64,000 nt of DNA from a bacterium (GTDB lineage: Bacteria > UBA9089 > UBA9088): assembly GCA_040753555.1 (NCBI GenBank), contig JBFMDZ010000001.1:12693-76692 (forward strand). The letters are read 5' to 3'. The first letter of the stretch is position 1, and each line of letters opens with the position of its first letter. Position numbers and translations under genes: made by a program. This document shows, piece after piece, positions 58,621 through 64,000 of this stretch. The notes under the pieces are model-generated. The model ran no database searches. It saw nothing but the letters and a program-made list of their open reading frames with translations, and had not been told where the DNA came from.

Positions 58621-59275
58621 TTAATAAATCTGGTCTTTTTTCCCTTGTTAATTCCTCTCTTTTTTTCCTTCTCCATTCCTCTATTTTTTTATGGTCTCCT
58701 GATAAAAGAATATCAGGAACCTTCATTCCCCTGAATTCGTAAGGCCTTGTGTATTGAGGCCCTTCAAGATAAAAGGATGTAAATGATTCATCCTTTAAGG
58801 ATTCAGGATTTCCTAATACACCTGGAATAAACCTTCCTATAACATCAATTGCAACAAGAGATGGAATTTCTCCTCCTGTTGTAATATAATCTCCAATAGA
58901 AAGCTCAAGGTCAATCATTGTTTTTACCCTCTCATCAATTCCTTCATAATGTCCACAAAGAAAGATAATATGCTCTTTTTCTGCTAACTCCTTTGCCAAA
59001 GCTTGATTTAAAACTTTACCCTGTGGACTTAAATAAATTACATATCCCTTTTCCTGTGCCTCAATTGCCCTAAATAGGACATCGGGCTTAATAACCATCC
59101 CAGGGCCTCCACCATAGGGATAATCATCCACCTTTTTATGGCTGTTTTCTGAAAAATCCCTTACATTATGTATATGGATATCTAATATCCCTTTTTCCCT
59201 TGCCCTTCTAATAATGCTTACATCAAGAGGCCCCTTAAATATCTCAGGAAATAGTGTTAGAACATCTATTCTCAA
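58610..59275 (-). CDS. trmD: tRNA (guanine37-N1)-methyltransferase.
   Basis: [13 protein letters not shown]...[10 protein letters not shown]. Confidence 0.9.
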
Positions 59276-59502
59276 TCAAGCATTTCAACAACAACCCTTT
59301 TTCCCTTTTTTGCTGCTGCTGCTTGGAGGATGGTTCTTATTGATTTAATTATCCTTCCCTGCTTGCCTATTATCTTTCCAACATCAGCTTCATCCACCTT
59401 TACTTCTAAGATAGTAGTCTTTTCGCTCTCCATCTCAGTAAGCTTTACCTTGTCGGGATTGTCAACAAGCGATTTGACAATGTACTCACCTAGTTGTCTC
59501 AT
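59272..59502 (-). CDS. KH-domain RNA-binding protein (YlqC/UPF0109).
   Basis: VGKIIGKQGRIIKSIRTI. Confidence 0.7.
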   Translation of the reverse strand: MRQLGEYIVKSLVDNPDKVKLTEMESEKTTILEVKVDEADVGKIIGKQGRIIKSIRTILQAAAAKKGKRVVVEMLD

Positions 59503-59746
59503 TTTTTTCTCCTCCTTTTCTATAAGATTCCACCAATCTATTTACAGTGGTGGTTAGTTGTGCTCCTTTTTTTACCCAATCATCTATTTTTGAAAGATTA
59601 ACAAAAGTGGGTTGTTTTGTCTTTGGATGATAATGACCAATCTCGTCAATTACCCTTCCATCCCTTTTAACTTTTTCCTCCATAGCCACAATCCTATATG
59701 ATGGGCTTTTTTTAGCCCCTATTCTCTTAAGTCTAATCTTTACCAT
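59486..59746 (-). CDS. rpsP: 30S ribosomal protein S16.
   Basis: MVKIRLKRIGAKKSPSYRIV. Confidence 0.9.
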   Translation of the reverse strand: MVKIRLKRIGAKKSPSYRIVAMEEKVKRDGRVIDEIGHYHPKTKQPTFVNLSKIDDWVKKGAQLTTTVNRLVESYRKGGEKNETTR

Positions 59747-59786
59747 TTTTAAACATAAAAATTATAAGCAAAGGAATTATCTTTAG

Positions 59787-60419
59787 TCAAGGGTTTTTAT
59801 GGGATAGGGCTAAAAGCTTCTCAAAAACAGAAGATGGATTTTCTGATTTAAATATCTCTGAGCCAACAGCTGCAATATTAACCCCTGCCTCTTTTATAAG
59901 GGAAATGTTTGAAAGCTTTATGCCTCCATCCATCTCAAGGTAAAGGTCTGGTTTTTTTTCTTTAATCTCTTTTGCTTTCAAAAGGACATCGGGAATAAAT
60001 TGGCTTCCATAAAAACCAGGGACAACACTCATAATAAGCACAAGGTCTATTTTTTTAAATAATGGCTCAATTTTGAGAATTGGTGTTTCTGGATTAAGGG
60101 AAATGCCTACCTCTAAACCCTCATCCTTTATTTTTTCTATTGTCTTTTCTGGGCTATCATTTGATTCAATATGAAAGATTATCCTTTTTGCCCCCCTTTT
60201 TTTAAAGCCTTCTACATAATCTATTGGAGAGCTAACCATAAGGTGTATTTCCATAAAAAGGTTTGTCTCAACAAGATCGTCGTAACTTATGCTTTTAGAA
60301 GGGACAAAAGCACCGTCTGTAATGTCTATATGAACATTCTTGCAAAAGGCTTCTGCTATCTTTAACATCCTTTTTAGCTCTTCTTTTTTATCTGTTAAAA
60401 TGGCTGGATAAACAAACAT
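59787..60419 (-). CDS. rpe: Ribulose-phosphate 3-epimerase family protein.
   Basis: TIM-barrel epimerase pattern (ILTDKKEEL..HIDITDGAFVP..HLMV). Confidence 0.7.
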   Translation of the reverse strand: MFVYPAILTDKKEELKRMLKIAEAFCKNVHIDITDGAFVPSKSISYDDLVETNLFMEIHLMVSSPIDYVEGFKKRGAKRIIFHIESNDSPEKTIEKIKDEGLEVGISLNPETPILKIEPLFKKIDLVLIMSVVPGFYGSQFIPDVLLKAKEIKEKKPDLYLEMDGGIKLSNISLIKEAGVNIAAVGSEIFKSENPSSVFEKLLALSHKNP

Positions 60420-61045
60420 TAAAAATCCTCTTTCAGCTCTGTTGATGGTTTATAGAGGTGATGTGTTTCATTTAGGCTTTGAATAATGAATTTATTATCC
60501 ACAAATTCAATCCTTGTTATTCCACAAGGGTCTTGTCGCACAGCCCAGAAAGATGAAAGAGGAAGCCCCATAATATGAAGAAGAATAATTTTAATTACAA
60601 TCCGATGGGTTACAATGATTGAAAGGTTGTTGTTCCTTACAATCTCCTCAAAAACAGGAATTACCCTATTTTTAACATCCTCCAATGATTCTCCACCTGG
60701 AAACTTGACACTTTCAGGTTTTGTTATCCAGTCTGAATAGAGCTTGCTATCCTTCACATCATCCTCTGAAAGCCTTTGCCATTCTCCATAATCAATATCT
60801 ATAAGATTAGGAACTTCCTTTACAACTGCATCAGAATGGGGTCTTTTCAGGATTTGGGCTGTAATCAATGCCCTTTTAAGGGGGCTTGTATAAATCATCT
60901 CAACAGGAAGGTCAGAAAGAATGGTTGATGTTTTTTCAGCCTGACGAATTCCTGTTCTATTTAACTCAACCTCTATCCTTCCCCTAAAGACCTTTCTTTT
61001 ATTCCAATCTGTCTGGGCATGCCTTATCAATACGCACTCACTCAT
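60419..61045 (-). CDS. Histidine phosphatase (phosphoglycerate mutase family) protein.
   Basis: LIRHAQTDWN catalytic RHG motif. Confidence 0.65.
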   Translation of the reverse strand: MSECVLIRHAQTDWNKRKVFRGRIEVELNRTGIRQAEKTSTILSDLPVEMIYTSPLKRALITAQILKRPHSDAVVKEVPNLIDIDYGEWQRLSEDDVKDSKLYSDWITKPESVKFPGGESLEDVKNRVIPVFEEIVRNNNLSIIVTHRIVIKIILLHIMGLPLSSFWAVRQDPCGITRIEFVDNKFIIQSLNETHHLYKPSTELKEDF

Positions 61046-61535
61046 AGATTCCTATTGCCTCCCTTGATTTAAATGTTGGTCTGTGAATCTTTATTGTCTT
61101 CTTATAGCCAATCTTGTTATCAGATGAAAGCTCTCCGCTTTGTGTAAATCCCATTTTTTCATAAAAGCTTATAGAACCAATATCGTCTGGTGTATAAACT
61201 ACCAATGTCTCTGCTGAAAGACCCCTTACCCTTTCCTCAAGGTGTTTTATTAGCCTTTCTCCTATGCCCTTTCTTTTAAAATCCGTTCTCACAGCAAGCC
61301 ATGTAACCTCAAATTCATAGGGATTTTTTAGGCTTTTTACATATCCAATAACACCCAATACCTGATGCATTTCCTTTTCAACAAAGAAGCACCTTTTTGA
61401 AAAATCTGGATTATTGATATGTTCACTAATCTCTTCCTCAAGCTTAATAAGACCAAGTTTATTAAAATGATGTGGATATGAATAAAATATTGCTTTTACT
61501 TGTGAAATATCATCAATTGTCATCTCTGTAATCAT
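61038..61535 (-). CDS. GNAT N-acetyltransferase.
   Basis: WLAVRTDFKRKGIGERLI. Confidence 0.65.
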   Translation of the reverse strand: MITEMTIDDISQVKAIFYSYPHHFNKLGLIKLEEEISEHINNPDFSKRCFFVEKEMHQVLGVIGYVKSLKNPYEFEVTWLAVRTDFKRKGIGERLIKHLEERVRGLSAETLVVYTPDDIGSISFYEKMGFTQSGELSSDNKIGYKKTIKIHRPTFKSREAIGIYE

Positions 61536-61969
61536 CTAAGTGTTTTAAAAAAATCAGAAAGCAACCTTGCACATTTTTCTTTCAATACTCCAGATTTTAT
61601 CTTTATCTTATGATTAAAACCCGATGTAATATCTACCACAGAGCCGCAGGCACCAAACTTTGGATTATCTGCTCCAAAGATAAGCTCTTTTATCCTTAAG
61701 AGAACCATAGAGAAAAAACACATACAACAAGGCTCAAGGGTAATATATAAAGATGTATTGCTCATTTCCCTTCTTCCAATTGTCCTTAAAGCCTTCCTTA
61801 ATGCCAAAATCTCACAATGGTTCATTGGATTACCCCTCTTTTCAACCTCATTATGGGCTTTGCTTATAATTTCTCCTTTAAACACAACAACACAACCTAC
61901 AGGCACCTCTCCTTTGTTTCTTCCTTTCTCTGCTTCCTTAATGGCAGATTGCATAAACAAATCATCCAC
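61532..61969 (-). CDS. tadA: tRNA-specific adenosine deaminase.
   Basis: HCEILALR...TLEPCCMC zinc motif. Confidence 0.85.
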   Translation of the reverse strand: MDDLFMQSAIKEAEKGRNKGEVPVGCVVVFKGEIISKAHNEVEKRGNPMNHCEILALRKALRTIGRREMSNTSLYITLEPCCMCFFSMVLLRIKELIFGADNPKFGACGSVVDITSGFNHKIKIKSGVLKEKCARLLSDFFKTLR

Positions 61970-62097
61970 ATTATATATTGTAATCTTTACTCAATAATTT
62001 TGTCTAGTTTTTTTGTTAAAGCGATTCTAACAAAAAAATCTTGACAAAAAACCTATTTTAAGGTAAATTTTATTTATAATAATTATGGGAGGTAATT

Positions 62098-64000
62098 ATG
62101 ATGAAGAAGATTTGGTTGTTTTTGGTAGTATTAGGGGTTTGTAAAGGGTTTGGAGCTTATAAGGAGTCTTCCTTTTATTTTGATAATGGGAAGACCCCTC
62201 GTGCAATCCATTACACAGCACAGGGTTTTAAGGCAAGCACAACATATTTGCTTAAGCTCTATGTGAAAGATAAAGAGGAGGGAATCCCTCTATATTTTGA
62301 GACCCTCTCAAAGGATGAACAATGGATTAAACCCGATGAGGATACCTGGCAGGAAAGCCTTCCCTCATTTACAACCCTTGATAACGGTTATCAAGAGGGC
62401 TGGGTCTATGTAAGGAATAGCGGAATAGAAGCTGGCACATATAATACCTGTGCCTTCTCAGTCAGAGAGGGAACATCTGGCGAGACAATGAAACCAGGGG
62501 TATTTAGACCCGCAACAATTATGGAAAATCCTGGTTGGCTTGAGGGAATTGTCAAGAAAGATGGAGAGGCTTGTGGAAATAGCCATATTGTTTTTCTTAA
62601 TGAATATGGGAGCGTTTCTGGATGTGCTAAATCAGAACAAAATGGCTATTTTAAGATTGCCCTTCCAGATGGAATAAAAATTGCAACAATAACAGATTGG
62701 GATGGCAATTTATACGATAAGTTTGAGATAGCAGAGATAAAAGGTGGAGAAGGTATAAGTATTTCTTCAAATGAAAAAATAACCTCGCCCTGGCCCATAT
62801 TTGCAGGAAAAATAACAACCCTTGGTTATGAGGTGTTAAATGGTGTTACAAAGAATGTTGTTATAATAAATGAAATAATGTATGATGCCCCGGGTACTAT
62901 TGGCGATGCATACGGTGAATGGATTGAGCTTTATAACCCGGCAACAGGGACAATAGACCTTACAGGTTGGAAGCTATATGACCCAGTCACAAGAACCCTA
63001 TCAGGCACTATCTCAGGAGGAGGGTATCTTGTTTTGGTTGAAAGCACAGAAACATTTACATGTGGTACTTATGGTTATAACCTTAATGGTGTTTCTTATA
63101 TAGATGTTGGTGCATTATCTTTAGAGGATAACTTTGACACATTAGTCTTAAAGGATAATTTTGGCAAAATAGTTGACATCCTTCATTATAATAAAAATTG
63201 GGGAACAGGGGCTCCTGATTCAGGAAGGACCTTGGAGAAAATATTGGCTAAGGGTCCTAATGTTGATGGAAACTGGGATTCAACCCTTGATCTTTATGGC
63301 ACCCCGGGTAAGGAAAATAGCGTATCTGGACGAGGGACAATCTGTGGAACTGTGAGGGATAGCCAAGGGGGTACTATTTCTGGAGCCTTGGTTATTGCAA
63401 GGCCTTATAACCTTCCAACAACGGATATTGATGATGGTTCAAATATAGGTCATAGGTTTGGGACAAAGACAGACAGCAATGGCTTTTATACCCTTTTTGT
63501 TCCACCCGGGAACTACATTGTTATTGCAACAAAAGAGGATTATGCAAGGGCTGTAGCAACTGCAAGCGTAACAAAAGATAGCACAACAGAGGTTAATTTC
63601 TATCTAAAGAGGCTCGGAATTATTACTGGAACAGTTGGTTCTGGAACCACTGGCATTGCTGGTGCAAAGGTTGAGGCAATCATAAGGTGGAAGGGAGGTT
63701 TACACTATGTAGCAAAGGGAACATTTACAGATAATAAAGGTAGCTACACAATATCAGGGCTTAAAGATGGAACATACACAGTTGTTGTATCGCATCCAGA
63801 ATATAAATCAGGAACAAGAACAGCCGTTGTTAGTGCATCAGAGACAACAACCTGTGATTTTCAGCTTGAATATAAAGGGCCATTACCAAACCTTACAATG
63901 AAGAATGCAAGGGAGGATATATGGTGGAAGCCAAAATATCCAACATCAGGGGCACTGATGAGAATCTTTGCTAGGGTATGGAATTTAGGAAGTGAGACAT
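62098..64000 (+). CDS. Secreted protein with lamin-tail domain and CarboxypepD_reg-like beta-sandwich repeats. Partial; it runs past the window end.
   Basis: Signal peptide MMKKIWLFLVVLGV. LTD motif (VIINEIMYDAPG...EWIELYNP...IDLTGWKL...DTLVLKD). CarboxypepD_reg-like units (GTICGTVRDSQGG...TDSNGFYTL). This ORF is not in the ORF track because it has no stop inside the window. Confidence 0.55.
   Translation, partial: MMKKIWLFLVVLGVCKGFGAYKESSFYFDNGKTPRAIHYTAQGFKASTTYLLKLYVKDKEEGIPLYFETLSKDEQWIKPDEDTWQESLPSFTTLDNGYQEGWVYVRNSGIEAGTYNTCAFSVREGTSGETMKPGVFRPATIMENPGWLEGIVKKDGEACGNSHIVFLNEYGSVSGCAKSEQNGYFKIALPDGIKIATITDWDGNLYDKFEIAEIKGGEGISISSNEKITSPWPIFAGKITTLGYEVLNGVTKNVVIINEIMYDAPGTIGDAYGEWIELYNPATGTIDLTGWKLYDPVTRTLSGTISGGGYLVLVESTETFTCGTYGYNLNGVSYIDVGALSLEDNFDTLVLKDNFGKIVDILHYNKNWGTGAPDSGRTLEKILAKGPNVDGNWDSTLDLYGTPGKENSVSGRGTICGTVRDSQGGTISGALVIARPYNLPTTDIDDGSNIGHRFGTKTDSNGFYTLFVPPGNYIVIATKEDYARAVATASVTKDSTTEVNFYLKRLGIITGTVGSGTTGIAGAKVEAIIRWKGGLHYVAKGTFTDNKGSYTISGLKDGTYTVVVSHPEYKSGTRTAVVSASETTTCDFQLEYKGPLPNLTMKNAREDIWWKPKYPTSGALMRIFARVWNLGSET

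Overview
This 64-kb window is low-GC and looks like it comes from an anaerobic, diderm (outer-membrane-bearing) bacterium. It has three parts.

Housekeeping backbone. Genes include rpoZ-gmk-truA, mreD-mrdA, aroE-serS-corA-ftsK, rnhB-rplS-trmD-rpsP, rpe and tadA. There is also a flgD-flgE-flbD set in which the FlgE hook protein is unusually large (1514 aa).

Redox locus. An hdrA-mvhD (flxD-like) locus is followed by FeS/flavoprotein (FlxC/B/A-like) genes. An hdrC-like gene sits about 30 kb away.

Metal-uptake island. A 19.5-kb island on the minus strand (about 15.1-34.6 kb) carries a NikR regulator and a TonB-dependent receptor. It also carries two paralogous FecBCD-type ABC importer sets, two ChlI/ChlD-fusion chelatase ATPases and one intact CobN. 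A second CobN is reduced to a C-terminal remnant. The island is bracketed by diverged ~80-bp direct repeats that each contain the mreD start and the hdrA start.

Evidence of insertion and decay:
- The hdrA-mvhD junction is broken by a LysM/NlpC-P60 plus L,D-transpeptidase cassette and by a Uma2-family endonuclease gene. Each insertion is flanked by copies of the hdrA 3' end.
- An ORF6N gene sits between mvhD and the downstream FeS genes.
- A hicBA toxin-antitoxin pair is inserted after ftsK, next to a duplicated, internally deleted ftsK 3' fragment.
- The 8.6-11.6 kb block holds internally deleted remnants of a DNA methyltransferase, an HNH nuclease and UvrA.

Other accessory content:
- A nucleotide-cyclase-NACHT-HEAT STAND protein lies next to an AlbA_2/HATPase_c_4 (Schlafen-like) protein.
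- One polypeptide fuses a DarT-like DUF4433 domain to a TARG1/DarG-like macrodomain.
- Several short repeat families recur: a GCTAAACACRTAC motif, AAATTGTAAATT arrays, a GAGTCAGGAGG junction element, and a 24-bp x3 tandem.

No rRNA, confident tRNA or CRISPR array was found. All calls rest on reading and translating the sequence by eye and recalling protein families, not on database searches.
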